Source: Eledone cirrhosa (Eukaryota). Taken from it: DNA of 64,000 bases. The notes under the pieces are model-generated. The model saw only the letters and a program-made list of their open reading frames with translations. It did no database searches and was not told the DNA's origin. A program made the translations under genes and the position numbers. The DNA lies in assembly GCA_964016885.1 (NCBI GenBank), contig CAXHJY010000430.1, positions 80,059 to 144,058 on the forward strand, written 5' to 3'. This document shows, in pieces, positions 14,254 through 28,103 of this stretch (positions are counted from its first letter, which is position 1; every line of letters begins with the position of its first letter).

Positions 14254-14429
14254 AAAAAGTATGACCCCGACGGTAGAGCTCAAGCCCTACGACGGCTATT
14301 TCTGGACGTCGAAACGGCTTCAGCTCTGCCGTCGGGGTCATACCTTTTCCTATTACCCACTCTACTACCCTAAGTATTGAGTACTCTGTTGCGTTATGGT
14401 CCATCTGGTTCCTTACCACAATTCCTTCG

Positions 14430-14431
<2 letters not shown>
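14250..14431 (+). mobile_element. Palindrome-plus-tail element, copy A
   Basis: Hairpin 14250-14352, tail TTACCCACTCTACTACC...CCTTCGT, (TA)n on both sides. Confidence 0.9.
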
Positions 14432-14483
<52 letters not shown>

Positions 14484-14488
14484 GTGTT

Positions 14489-14559
<71 letters not shown>

Positions 14560-14583
14560 GGGGAGAGATACAGAACACCCAAC

Positions 14584-14702
<119 letters not shown>

Positions 14703-15092
14703 CGTGCGTGCGTGTGTGTGTGTATGAGTGTGTATGTGTGCGTGCCTACAACCATGCGTATCTCTGTATACATGCAAGTTACATATTTGCTCTGCATAGA
14801 AATACAAACATGTTTAAACAGCGCCACTCTACATTCACACACGGCTTCACACTTCTAACAATGGATAATATAGTATATGCAGGAGGTGCAAGCTCGTAAT
14901 AAAATGTGAGCAGTGTGAATTCTTGTTATTTAACATCTAGCACTTTTGCTGTTTACCTGCGAAAAGTTGAACAACTTGCTGAAGATGGAGGTGTCTATAA
15001 GCCTTGGCTGTTGAAAATTATTTTTTTTTTTCGAAAAGATTGCGATAGTAGATCACTCCAATATGGATTTATATGCCGCAATTATAACTACA

Positions 15093-15150
<58 letters not shown>

Positions 15151-15401
15151 GCAGCAGCAGCAGCAACAACAATAATAATCACTATGACGACGACAATGAT
15201 GATCTGACCAGCATCATCATAAGAATTAGTAATAATCTATTGGTGTAACTACTACTACTACTACAACTACTACTACTACAACTACTACTACAACTACTAC
15301 AATTACTACTACTACTACTACAACTACTACTACAACTACTACTACTACTACTACAATGCTCAACACAGTTGCAGATGTTTGGAGTTGCTACTCCTCGCAG
15401 C

Positions 15402-15460
<59 letters not shown>

Positions 15461-15635
15461 TAGTAGTAGTAGTAGTAGCAGCAGCAGCAGCAGCAGCAGC
15501 AGTATCAGTAGTAGTAGTAGCAACAGCAGCAGTAGTAGCAGTATTAGTAGTAGTAGTAGTAGTAGCAGCAGCAGCAGCAGTAGCAGTAGCAGCAGCAGCA
15601 GCACCAGTAGTATCAGTATTAGTAGTAGTAGTAGT

Positions 15636-15671
<36 letters not shown>

Positions 15672-15737
15672 TGGTTGTTATTGTTGATGTTGTTGTGGTT
15701 ATGTATTTACATGGTGTGAATATGTGTGTTTAACAGA

Positions 15738-15927
15738 TCAATAACAAGTGATAAGTTTGTCAAGTTGGTCTGCAATTGTTGGAGCTCAGTAAATACGGCC
15801 GCTTCTGTTTTCGCTATCGCTCTCACCTCGTGTCCACAGTCCAATAACACTTTGGCTGCACATACAGGTGGCTTTAGAAACAGGTTGATGCCGCAATGGT
15901 GTCGACGTAGGGAACTGGTGGAAACTG
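15738..15927 (+). other. Candidate exon of an unidentified gene
   Basis: Unique non-repeat island with acceptor TGTTTAACAG and donor CTG/GTAAG; one open frame, no recognisable domain. Confidence 0.3.
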
Positions 15928-15997
15928 GTAAGGTAATTAACCAATCACCTTCGATGCAAAGTATTCAGATAGCGTCAGGTTAATCGAATCCTATATA

Positions 15998-16102
<105 letters not shown>

Positions 16103-16185
16103 AAAAATGTATGTGTGAAAATATGTATGCTTATAATTATAAATACGTACGTGCATGCATATATACATCCACACGTACATACGTA

Positions 16186-16221
<36 letters not shown>

Positions 16222-16241
16222 TACGTACATAAATACACGCA

Positions 16242-16287
<46 letters not shown>

Positions 16288-16383
16288 CATGGCTATGAAG
16301 ATTTCGAAATGTTAATACACATGGATTTAGGAATGCTATTGATCCAAGCGTAATGAACTATAAAGGAAACACATTCAGATTCA

Positions 16384-16522
<139 letters not shown>

Positions 16523-16596
16523 TACTAGGTGGCTGTTAACTATCGTTCCCCAACGTGTCGAAAAGCCACCCTGATCAACGTCGACGGCCATGCAAT

Positions 16597-16659
<63 letters not shown>

Positions 16660-17191
16660 ATATATATATAAAGTTGTAGTTCACGAACTCCTCCTATGGT
16701 TTTGGAGATAGACCCCCATAACCATATATATTCTGAAACTACATTGCCCAGCGTACTTGGATAAGTATATTTCATTTTAATCAAAGGGTTTACCCGGAGG
16801 GTCCCCGGGGGCATAAACCCCCCGCTGAAAATGTTTTCCCTTCGATTTATATGAAATTTAAACCATAGGTAAATGACAAGATATGATGCCTATTCACAAA
16901 ATTTCAGCAAATTTCAATTATATTAAGACACCCTAATGGGGGTTAAACCACTATTGTGAAAATGTTGTGTTGTAACAAGATTGCATGAGAACTTCATTGA
17001 AGCAACCATTATATTTGGGGCTTACAAAGGTCAAGCTCTTCTCATTCCGAGGATTCCACTTATACCAACTCGCCGACAGGCACCAATCACAAACTATCTG
17101 CCTTGACCACTGGCCACGTGATGGTTCTTAGCCATTTTGAATTCATTTCTGGCGGGGATCATGGTAGAAAAATCTTAGTCCAGTCTGAGGT

Positions 17192-17277
17192 ATTTCCTGA
17201 TGAGTTCCGAGCCTCGTGGATTTATCCAAGACCGGATATATCCAAAAAGTGGAACGAAACCGCCGGGTGGTAGAGAT
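17192..17277 (+). ncRNA. Type I hammerhead ribozyme with branched stem II
   Basis: ATTTC CTGATGA GTTCC[insert]GGAAC GAAA CCGCC G GGTGG TA/ GAGAT: stems I, II and III all pair. Confidence 0.8.
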
Positions 17278-17701
17278 TATGAAGATTCTGGTAAAGTTTA
17301 TATACATTTTTTCTTCTAACTTCGATTTTCTACCTAATTCCGTGTAGTTAACTATACGTCTAGTCAATTTCTACAGGCTGGTAGGAATATTAGGTAAATA
17401 TCATGTGACTGTACATCGCGGAAAAGAATCTGTATCATTTGTCTATTATTTCTTCATAAATACATTTTAAACTTATAGCCTCGTTTAAATGATTTTTTGT
17501 GTGGTTAATTTATACTGATTGGGAGAGAAAATACTGTGTATATTTTATCTAATGATTCTTTGGACTTACTTTTTTATATATTGGTCTGATTATTAATTAT
17601 TTAATTAATTCTTCATTGAGCCACACCGTGAATGGTTGCCAAAAACATATATATGTATCTATGACTTTGTCTAATTTATATATATATACCTGTTAAATTT
17701 A

Positions 17702-17807
<106 letters not shown>

Positions 17808-18010
17808 CTGAGAATATGGTCAGAAATCATTACACGTGTCCGTCGAACCTGCGGGTCCAGAATCAGACAGATCCACACAATGATCGCGTCTCGAGCTGTC
17901 CGACGGCGAAACAATTGTAACACACAATAAATTGAGTTCAGATGCATCACTGATTTTTCGTTTTCTATTCTATACATACATATATATATATATATATAAT
18001 ATAATATACA

Positions 18011-18152
<142 letters not shown>

Positions 18153-19064
18153 TATATTAGGGAGACAGGAGTAGTGTGGAGGTAAAAACTACAACAACGA
18201 ACAAAACAACAACAAAAGATGCTACGGCCTGTGTGTGGATATGATATGGCTTTGGTGTAGGTAGGAATTCTCTCCCAAGTTTGTTTTGATTGTCGTCTGT
18301 TTTCAGTGAAATTGTCAGCCATGAAAAGCATTTGCACCTCCCTAGCATATATATATATTTTATATTTTTTAATTGATGCCTTAACTTGTTCCCTTGCTCA
18401 GCTAGATTTGCCAGATTTGCCGGCAGGGATGAACATTCGGTCAAAGAACTCGGTAACTTGAGACGACCACTTATATTTATTTATTATTTTGCTTATTTTC
18501 TTAGTTCTTTCTTTCCATATTGTTTTTGTTTTTCTTTTCTTTACTTTCAGGAAGTTTTGTTTCTTTAATTATTACTTTCCGACATGGATCAGCCTTCTGT
18601 TCGTTAAGACGTCACAAAACAAACGGCACTTTCGCCCCCCCCCCCCTCTCTCTCTCTCCTTCCCACCTCTCTCTCTCTCTCTCACTTTCTCCTCCCAACT
18701 CTCTCTCTCCCTCTCTCTCTCTCTCTCTGTTCCTCCCCTCTCTCTTTCTCTTTCTCTCTCACTTTCTCCTCCCAACTCTCTCTCTCCCTCTCTCTCTCTC
18801 TCTGTTCCTCCTCTCTCTCTCTCTCTCTCTCTCGCTCTCTCTCACTCACTTTCTCTCTCTGCCTCACTCTCTCACTCACTTTCTTTCTCTCACGCTCTCT
18901 CTTTCTCACTTTCTCCTCACACCTCTCTCTCTTCCTCTCTCGCTATCTTTCTGTCTGTCTGTCTGCCTGCCTATCTATATGTCCGTCTCTCTGCATGTCT
19001 GTCTCTCTGTCTGTCTGTCCATCTATCTGTTTGTCTGTCTGTCTGTTTATCTATCTGATGATGG

Positions 19065-19095
<31 letters not shown>

Positions 19096-19314
19096 AGTGG
19101 GAGTGATGATGATGATGATGATGATGATGACGATGGTGCTGTTGGATTGATGATTGTGATGGTCAAAAGGGTGAAGCTTCTACTACTGCTGGTGATGATG
19201 ATGATGATGATAATGGACGAGGAGAAGGGTGGATGGTCATTGCTGGAATGTCTTTTAGTCTTTTAGCTTTTTCGCATGTTTCCATACCCACACATCGCAA
19301 GATTTCTTACATGT

Positions 19315-19389
<75 letters not shown>

Positions 19390-19392
<3 letters not shown>

Positions 19393-19525
19393 CAAAGGAA
19401 ATGTGGTAAGGAACCAGATAGACCATAACGTACCAGAGTACTCAATACTTAGAGTAGTAGAGTGGGAAATAGGAAAAAAGTATGACCCCGACGGCAGAGC
19501 TCAAGCCGTTGGGGTCATACTTTTT

Positions 19526-19529
<4 letters not shown>
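19390..19529 (-). mobile_element. Palindrome-plus-tail element, copy B (collapsed centre)
   Basis: Reversed tail 19390-19469, hairpin 19470-19529, (TA)n flanks. Confidence 0.9.
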
Positions 19530-19573
<44 letters not shown>

Positions 19574-19889
19574 GAAAATAAGAAAAAGGTAGAAATGCTA
19601 ATAGAATTTTCTCATAGAATAACAGCAAAACATTTTTGTTTTAAAGTAATTTATCGAACCGGTTTCAACCGATTATTATTTCGGCTTCTTCGTGCTACAG
19701 GAACTATGATAAAAACTATATAACAAAATTAAGGTCTATATTAATTAGAAGAGGGTATTAGAGAACATAGTATGCATGTATATATATTAAAGTTCACATT
19801 TTCGTTTATCTCTTTCTCTCTCTCCTCTCCTTGGTGGTTTGGTGGTAGTAGCAACTAAAATAGAAGTTGGCTTGTTCCCTGTTACTGTA

Positions 19890-19995
<106 letters not shown>

Positions 19996-19997
19996 TA

Positions 19998-20530
19998 TAG
20001 GAAAAGAGTCAGGACCCCGACGGCTGAGCTCCGGAGGTTTCGGCGGCAGCTAGATCCGAACTAAATGATTAGTTAGTTCGGATCTAGCTGTCGAAACGGC
20101 CGGAGCTCAGCCGTCGGGGTTTTAGTTAGTTCGGATCTAGCTGTCGAAACGGCCGGAGCTCAGCCGTCGGGGTTTTAGTTAGTTCGGATCTAGCTGTCGA
20201 AACGGCCGGAGCTCAGCCGTCGGGGTTTTAGTTAGTTCGGATCTAGCTGTCGAAACGGCCGGAGCTCAGCCGTCGGGGTTTTAGTTAGTTCGGATCTAGC
20301 TGTCGAAACGGCCGGAGCTCAGCCGTCGGGGTTTTAGTTAGTTCGGATCTAGCTGTCGAAACGGCCGGAGCTCAGCCGTCGGGGTTTTAGTTAGTTCGGA
20401 TCTAGCTGTCAAAACGTCCGGAGCTCAGCCGTCGGGGTCCTGACTCTTTTCCTATTACTCACTCTACTACCCTAAGTATCGAGTACTCTGGTGCGTTATG
20501 GTCCACCTGGTTCCTTACCACTCTTTCCTT
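19998..20530 (+). mobile_element. Palindrome-plus-tail element, copy C, with 7 x 53 bp internal tandem array
   Basis: Arms TAGGAAAAGAGTCAGGACCCC / GGGGTCCTGACTCTTTTCCTA; units end at 20120, 20173, 20226, 20279, 20332, 20385, 20438. Confidence 0.9.
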
Positions 20531-20597
20531 TTTTTATATATATATATAAAATATATAAAATATATAAAATCCAATGTCAATAAATACACCAGGATCT

Positions 20598-20658
20598 TTT
20601 CATTCTGATGATTGAAAGCAAAATTTGTTTGCTTTTAAGAAACCACTGGTAAATGAAA
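20598..20658 (+). ncRNA. Minimal type I hammerhead ribozyme
   Basis: TTTCATT CTGATGA TTGAAAGCAAA ATTTG TTTGCTTTTAA GAAA CC ACT GG TA/ AATGAAA: 7 bp stem I, 11 bp stem II. Confidence 0.85.
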
Positions 20659-20748
20659 TAATTGCCTTATGTTGTTTATTGCATAACTATTAAGCTCTGT
20701 TACCTACATAGAGCACTCTTTTTTCCTGGACCTTTCCGACGGAATTAC

Positions 20749-20794
<46 letters not shown>

Positions 20795-20799
<5 letters not shown>

Positions 20800-21151
20800 G
20801 ATATTAAACAAATGGAAACTATATTTATAAAACCATATTTATTTCATTATACATATTTCAGGGATACCATATTAAAAATATGGCATGCCTTCTTCAGATA
20901 AAATACAATATATAAGCAGTTTAATAAATAAATTTGACGTACCATAAAATATTGAAACTTCCATTTAAAAAAGTTGGTTTGGTAGTGAATATGGTATCCC
21001 TGAAATATGTATAATGAAATAAATATGGTTTTATAAATATAGTTTCCATTTGTTTAATATCGTATATCTACTCCAAAACTTGTTGAGTGCTTTATATCAG
21101 TTATAAAATATTTACTCGTTGTAACCCAACAATTTTAAATAAAACTTTTGC

Positions 21152-21152
<1 letters not shown>
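20795..21152. mobile_element. Penelope-like terminal relic with ~79 bp inverted repeat
   Basis: 20795-20873 is the reverse complement of 20988-21066; contains the minus-strand hammerhead; (TA)n flanks. Confidence 0.7.
20841..20904 (-). ncRNA. Minimal type I hammerhead ribozyme
   Basis: Minus strand: ATTTTAT CTGAAGA AGGCATGCCATATT TTT AATATGGTATCCCT GAAA TATGTA TA/ ATGAAAT. Confidence 0.8.
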
Positions 21153-21205
<53 letters not shown>

Positions 21206-21418
21206 ACAAAAGACGGGATGGTCATTGCAGGAATGTCTTTTAGTGGCAGGTCTTTCGCATATCTTTCCAAACCCACATATCGCATACCACACGTTTATTT
21301 CACAAGTGTACACGCACATGCACACAGACACACACAGACACACACACACACACACACACGCACGCGCGCGCTAGCACGCACACAAACACACACACACACA
21401 TGTGCACACCATGCTGTA

Positions 21419-21571
21419 CACGTGTCCGTAATATCAGACACATGTGTGCAATTAAATACACATACATTGCACCATTCCGATATTGATGCGGGCAATAGAT
21501 CACACGTGCCGACAATCACGTCACACGTGTCACGACTGTCGTTAAACATGTAGGAAATACTGCGGCACGTG
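21419..21571. promoter_or_regulatory. Cluster of four CACGTG E-boxes
   Basis: CACGTG at 21419, 21503, 21524, 21566, plus nearby CACATG. Confidence 0.45.
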
Positions 21572-21629
21572 TAGATGATACATTTAATGGTGTATATAAT
21601 ATAATGTGTACACATGTATACACGCGCGC

Positions 21630-21685
<56 letters not shown>

Positions 21686-21699
21686 ATGTATGTGTTTTT

Positions 21700-22625
21700 A
21701 GGTGAATGCCTGTGTGGGTGTATGTGCGAGTGTCCAAATGAACGCCTGTGTGTGTGAGTGTGTGTGTGTGTGTGTGAGTGTCCAAATGAACGCCTGTGTG
21801 TGTGAGTGTGTGTGTGTGTGTGTGAGTGTCCAAATGAACGCCTGTGTGTGTGAGTGTGTGTGTGTGTGTGTGAGTGTCCAAATGAACGCCTGTGTGTGTG
21901 AGTGTGTGTGTGTGTGTGTGAGTGTCCAAATGAACGCCTGTGTGTGTGAGTGTGTGTGTGTGTGTGTGAGTGTCCATATGAATGCCTGTGTGTGTGTGTG
22001 TGAGTGTCCATATGAATGCCTGTGTGTATGTGTGTGTGTGTCTGTGTGTGAGTGTCCATATGAATGCCTGTGTGTGTGTGTGTGAGTGTCCATATGAATG
22101 CCTGTGTGTATGTGTGTGTGTGTCAGTGTGTGAGTGTCCATATGAATGCCTGTGTGTGTGTGTGTGAGTGTCCATATGAATGCCTGTGTGTATGTGTGTG
22201 TGTGTGTGTCTGTGAGCGAGTGTCCATATGAATGCCTGTGTGTGTGTGTGTGAGTGTCCATATGAATGCCTGTGTGTATGTGTGTGTGTGTCTGTGTGTG
22301 AGTGTCCATATGAATGCCTGTGTGTGTGTGTGTGAGCGTCCATATGAATGCCTGTGTGTATGTGTGTGTGTGTCTGTGTGTGAGTGTCCATATGAATGCC
22401 TGTGTGTGTGTGTGTCTGTGTGTGAGTGTCCATATGAATGCCTGTGTGTGTGTGTGTGAGTGTCCATATGAATGCCTGTGTGTGTGTGTGTGTCTGTGAG
22501 CGAGTGTCCATACGAATGCCTGTGTGTGTGTGTGTATGTGTGAGTGTCCATATGAATGCCTCTCTGTGTATGTGTGAATATCCATATGAATGCATGTGTG
22601 TGTGGTTTTAGATGAATGCCTGTGT
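21700..22625. repeat. Minisatellite GAGTGTCCA(T/A)ATGAA(T/C)GCC + (TG)n spacer, >20 units
   Basis: Direct reading. Confidence 0.95.
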
Positions 22626-22947
22626 GTGCGTGTGTGTGTGTGTGTGTGTGTTACCGGCCCAATTAAGACAATCGAATAAAAACACGTAGCTTTTAAATAT
22701 ATAGTAAAACACACTCACAGTTTGGGTTGGGTTGGTTTTTACTTCAGTATGTTTTTTTTTTAATTTTTATAATTAATTCAGTTGGCAATCGATGTTTATC
22801 ATTGATAGACCAACAGTTAAAATATATAAATATAGTTTCTCAGAGTTCTTTCGTCACACACCTGTGACATCATGCCATAGCTATATGACTGACCAATGTT
22901 GTAGCTATATGACTAACCAATGTTATAGCTATATGACTAACCATTAA

Positions 22948-23052
22948 GGGTACATGTGTCTGTGGAATGATTAGTGAATTACACGTGATTTTCCTGAGCA
23001 GGCTGTTCCGTTGATCGGGCAACTGAAACACTCATCGACGAAACTGACGGAG
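22948..23052 (+). mobile_element. 3' part of an octopus-type SINE
   Basis: GGTACATGTGTCTGTGG...GAGCAGGCTGTTCCGTTGATCGG recalled as a common octopus SINE tail; single copy here. Confidence 0.45.
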
Positions 23053-23240
23053 ATCCTTTCCATAGGTGCTAGTCAACTCACACACCACAGTCAATACAGA
23101 CGCCGCAGTTTCGTCGAAACCATTATGCCTGATACTTAGTGAATCTAGGAGTGCATTATATAATATAACCATCTATTTTAACACAATTAGGCCTGATCTG
23201 AGGAGGATTTTACTGCTATTTCTAAATCTAACGACCATAT

Positions 23241-23458
23241 ATAATGATTTCTAGTATAGGAACAAGGCCAGTAATTTGGTGGGGGTGAAAGTCGATTAAA
23301 TCGCCCCCAATACGTTACTGGTGCTTTTTTTTTATCGACCCCGTAAGGATGAAAGGCAAAGTTAACCTCGACGGGATTTGAACTCAGACCGTAAAGGGCC
23401 GTAACTCTATGCTGAAAAGCATGTTGTCTGATTCTCTGCCGATGCTGCCAACCCACCA
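23241..23458 (-). mobile_element. Meta/MESC SINE
   Basis: TTATCGACCCCGTAAGGATGAAAGGCAAAGTTAACCTCGACGGGATTTGAACTC. Confidence 0.85.
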
Positions 23459-24366
23459 ACATTAACGACCATATGTAATAGGGCTCGCTTGTTCCCAAAA
23501 TTATGTTAAACATGAAGAAAAATTGCTGTAAAGTTTCATCTTTCCCCTAATAGCATTTGCAGAGTAAATAAAACTGGAAAATCGAAATCAGAATTGGGTA
23601 ACCATTCACCGTATATTTTTACGACTACTTTACTAAGACACTACATTTCAAAAGCTATTGAATTCTTCAAGCTAAATCGTCCATTTTGGCAGTTTACAGT
23701 GAAAAAGGTGAGTGGAATGGGTGGTGACATTTTTTTTCTAACAGCCTCACATATGTCGCTGTCAGAAAAGAGAGCTGTGACAGATGAACCTAAGTCTGCT
23801 TCTATTCTGGCTTTAATTGACAAATGGTGACACACCGGAATATTATGGGTTTCCAATACCACACCCACGCCCTCCAGTCAAATTTTCTTAATACCAAATG
23901 TGACGTCAGCCGGAGACACACGCCGTTTTCCTTATATTGCCTAACATCAAAGACACGGTAAAGGTGGTGGTAGTAGTAGTAGTGGTGGTGGTGGTTGTAG
24001 TGGTGGTGGTGGTGGTGGTGGTTGTAGTGGTGTGGTGGTGGTGGTGGTGGTGGTGACAGTGGCTGAAGAGGTGGAAGTACTGGTATCAGTTACAAGATAG
24101 AGAAACTATCATTTAGTTCAGAACGAATTCAGTCTCCAGTTCACTTTCGATTAAAAAAAGAATTGTTTCATTTAAATATATATTTATTTTGTTTGTTACC
24201 CTAACGTCCCCTTTATTTACGTGTCCCAACGACTTTTTTTAGCCGTTGTTCGCACCAACCTGAGGCATATGGCCCTTAAAGCGATGAAATGCCTGGGAAG
24301 GTTGGAGGGTCACTGATGAAGGACTTACTTTTTCATATGCACCACCATTTGCAACGCGCAGCCATC

Positions 24367-24497
<131 letters not shown>

Positions 24498-24501
24498 ATA
24501 T

Positions 24502-24554
<53 letters not shown>

Positions 24555-24660
24555 ATATTATATATATATATATATTATATATATATATATATTATATATA
24601 TATATATATATTATATATATATATATTATATATATATATATATTATATATATATATATAT

Positions 24661-24694
<34 letters not shown>

Positions 24695-24695
24695 A

Positions 24696-24738
<43 letters not shown>

Positions 24739-24746
24739 ATATATAT

Positions 24747-24778
<32 letters not shown>

Positions 24779-24949
24779 ATATTATATTATATATATATTA
24801 TATATATATATATTATATATATATATATATATCATCATGGCTACACGATCGATCTATCTCTTATTGAAACATGTGTCGTGATTAAAATGATTGGAAATTT
24901 ATACCATGCCTTGGGATCTTTATATATGTATGTATATATATATATATAG

Positions 24950-24994
<45 letters not shown>

Positions 24995-25040
24995 TATATA
25001 TATATATATATAGATATATCTACATATATATAGATTTATC

Positions 25041-25095
<55 letters not shown>

Positions 25096-25121
25096 TCATA
25101 TATAGATACATTCATATATAG

Positions 25122-25175
<54 letters not shown>

Positions 25176-25201
25176 TCATATATAGATACATTCATATATA
25201 G

Positions 25202-25238
<37 letters not shown>

Positions 25239-25271
25239 TACATATATATATATTATATATATATATATGTA

Positions 25272-25315
<44 letters not shown>

Positions 25316-25352
25316 CATATATACATATATAGATACATATATACATATATAG

Positions 25353-25407
<55 letters not shown>

Positions 25408-25443
25408 TAGATACATATATATATATATAGATAGATACATATA

Positions 25444-25477
<34 letters not shown>

Positions 25478-25538
25478 AATACATACATATATATATATAT
25501 ACATACATATATAAATACATACATATATAAATACATAC

Positions 25539-25665
<127 letters not shown>

Positions 25666-25825
25666 TAGTGTACGCCCTATACGTGTGGTGCCGCTTGTTA
25701 TATAGCTGTGTTGTATCTATTGCATATTGTTTAAGTGTTGTCCAAATGGTGTTAGTGGTGAGTTGTATGTGTGTGTGTGTGTATGTATGTGTCTGTATGT
25801 GTCTGTGTATGTGTGTGTGTGTCTC

Positions 25826-25856
<31 letters not shown>

Positions 25857-25888
25857 CTATGTGTATGCGTGTGCGTGTGCGTGTGCGT

Positions 25889-25939
<51 letters not shown>

Positions 25940-27050
25940 AAATATATATTCCCATGTGACCTTTTGAAATGAATTTGATACTTTGGTGTTGTGTTTGTTG
26001 AACATAGAGAGGCTGGAGTGTAACACAACACCTACCTCGTATGGTGGTGGGAGGGGGAGGGGGAGAAGACGGAGGAGACGGAGAAGAAGAAGGAGAAAAA
26101 GAAAAAGAAAAAGAAAAAGAAGAAAAAGAAAAAGAAAAAGAAAAAAGAAAAAAAAGAAAAAGAAGAAGAAGAAGAAGAAGAAGAAGAATGATGCAGCATG
26201 AAGAAGGGCGGGGTGTAGTGATGGGGAGAATAGTGGTGGCGAGTGTGGCAGTGATAATGGTGATGGTGAAGGGTGGTGGTGGTGGATGGTGGTGGTGGTG
26301 GTGGTGATGGTGGTGATGGTGGTGGTGGTGTTGGTGGTGGTGGTGGTGGTGGTAGTGGTGATGGTGGTGGTGGTGGTGTTGGTGGTGAAGGTGGTGTTGG
26401 TAGTGTAGTGGTGGTGGTGGGTGCAGGTAGTGTAGTGGTAAAGGTGGTGTTGGTAGTGTAGTGGTGGTGGTGGTGTTGATGTGTGCAGGTAGTGTGGTGG
26501 TGGTGGCGTTGGTAGTGTAGTGGTGTTGGTGCAGGTAGTGGTGGTGGTCTTGGTAGTGTAGTGGTGGTGGTGTTGGTAGTGTAGTGTAGTGGTGGTGGTG
26601 TGTGCAGGTAGTGTAGTGGTGGTGTTGGTGTTGGTAGTGTAGTGGTGGTGGTGTGTGCAGGTAGTGTAGTGGTGGTGGTGTGTGCAGGTGTAGGTATTGT
26701 GTGTTGTGGAGAAATTAATCTTCTATTATAATTCTATTCACATCTAGGATACATTATAAGAATATTAAAAGGGAGCTCATACTTAACTGGCCCTTAATAT
26801 AATTGTCCCCTGCAGGGTATGACGGATGAGAGGGAAACCTCGGCTTTTAACTTACAGAATAATAGTTTGTAACTAAATATCACAAAGCACTTTGTCCGAT
26901 GCTCTACTGATTCTGCCAAGTCAACACCACATCTAGTTAATGATAGTAGTGGGGAATAATGTGATATTGATAGTAGTTATGTTGATGTTGTAGTACTAAT
27001 GATAGTATAGCACTCGTGGTGTGGTGGTAAAGGAGGTTAGTACTATATAA

Positions 27051-27164
27051 TAGGAAAAAGTATGACCCCCGACGGCAGAGCTCAAGCCGTTTCGACGGCT
27101 ATTTCTGGAGTCCAGAAATAGCCGTCGAAACGGCTTGAGCTCTGCCGTCGGGGTCATACTTTTT

Positions 27165-27168
<4 letters not shown>
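27051..27168. mobile_element. Palindrome element, copy E (118 bp near-perfect palindrome, 1 nt centre)
   Basis: Arms pair fully except one extra C; (TA)n on the right, possibly a decayed tail on the left. Confidence 0.92.
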
Positions 27169-27226
<58 letters not shown>

Positions 27227-27766
27227 CAAGGTTTAGCAAATAATGAAAAAGTTTCAAAATAAATTTTAAAAAATTAACTTTACTTACTATATATACGTCT
27301 ATGTGTGAGTGTGTGTGCGTGTGTGTGTGCGTGTATGTATATATGTAAAGAGAGAGAGAGAAAGAGAAAGAGAAAGATAGGGGTAAAATCCTATTGTTGT
27401 TGTTGTTGTTGTTGTAGTTATTGTTGTCATTGCTGTTGACACGGTTCTGGTGTGTTTGGTACAGAGATGTTCCACCAGGAGGACACCCGGGTCAATGAAT
27501 TACCTATCAGTTGCTAATTATAGGCTTTACCTATTGGATACAGTTACATTCTGATAATGGTGGGTCGTGGTGGTGCTGGTGGTGGTGGTGGTGGTGGTGG
27601 TGGTGGTGGTGGTGGTGGTGGTGGTGTGGTGGTGGTGGTGGTGCTGGTGGTGGTGGTGCTGGTGGTGCTGGTGCTGGTGGTGGTGTGGTGGTGGTGGTGG
27701 TGGTGCTGGTGGTGTGGTGGTGGTGGTGGTGTAGTGGTGGTGTAGTGGTGGTGCTGGTGGTGGTGG

Positions 27767-27797
<31 letters not shown>

Positions 27798-28072
27798 GCT
27801 GGTGGTGTGGTGGTGGTGCTGGTGGTGGTGGTGGTGGTGCTGGTGGTGGTGGTGGTGGTGGTGGTGGTGGTGTGGTGGTGTGGTGGTGGTGCTGGTGGTG
27901 TGGTGGTGTTGGTGGTGGTGGTGGTGGTGTGGTGGTGGTGCTGGTGGTGGTGGTGGTGTGGTGGTGGTGTGGTGGTGCTGGTGCTGGTGGTGGTGGTGCT
28001 GGTGGTGTTGGTGCTGGTGGTGGTGGTGGTGGTGTGGTGGTGGTGGTGCTGGTGCTGGTGGTGCTGGTGGTG

Positions 28073-28103
<31 letters not shown>

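Noticed and set aside
20068-20438. CRISPR-like array
   Set aside because: Units are identical head-to-tail with no unique spacers, no cas genes, eukaryotic context
21700-22625. CRISPR-like repeat-spacer pattern
   Set aside because: Spacers are only (TG)n length variants
27051-27168. Pre-miRNA or classical TA-TSD MITE
   Set aside because: Family has a one-sided conserved tail outside the inverted repeat and hammerhead-like internal grammar; not fully excluded as a small-RNA source
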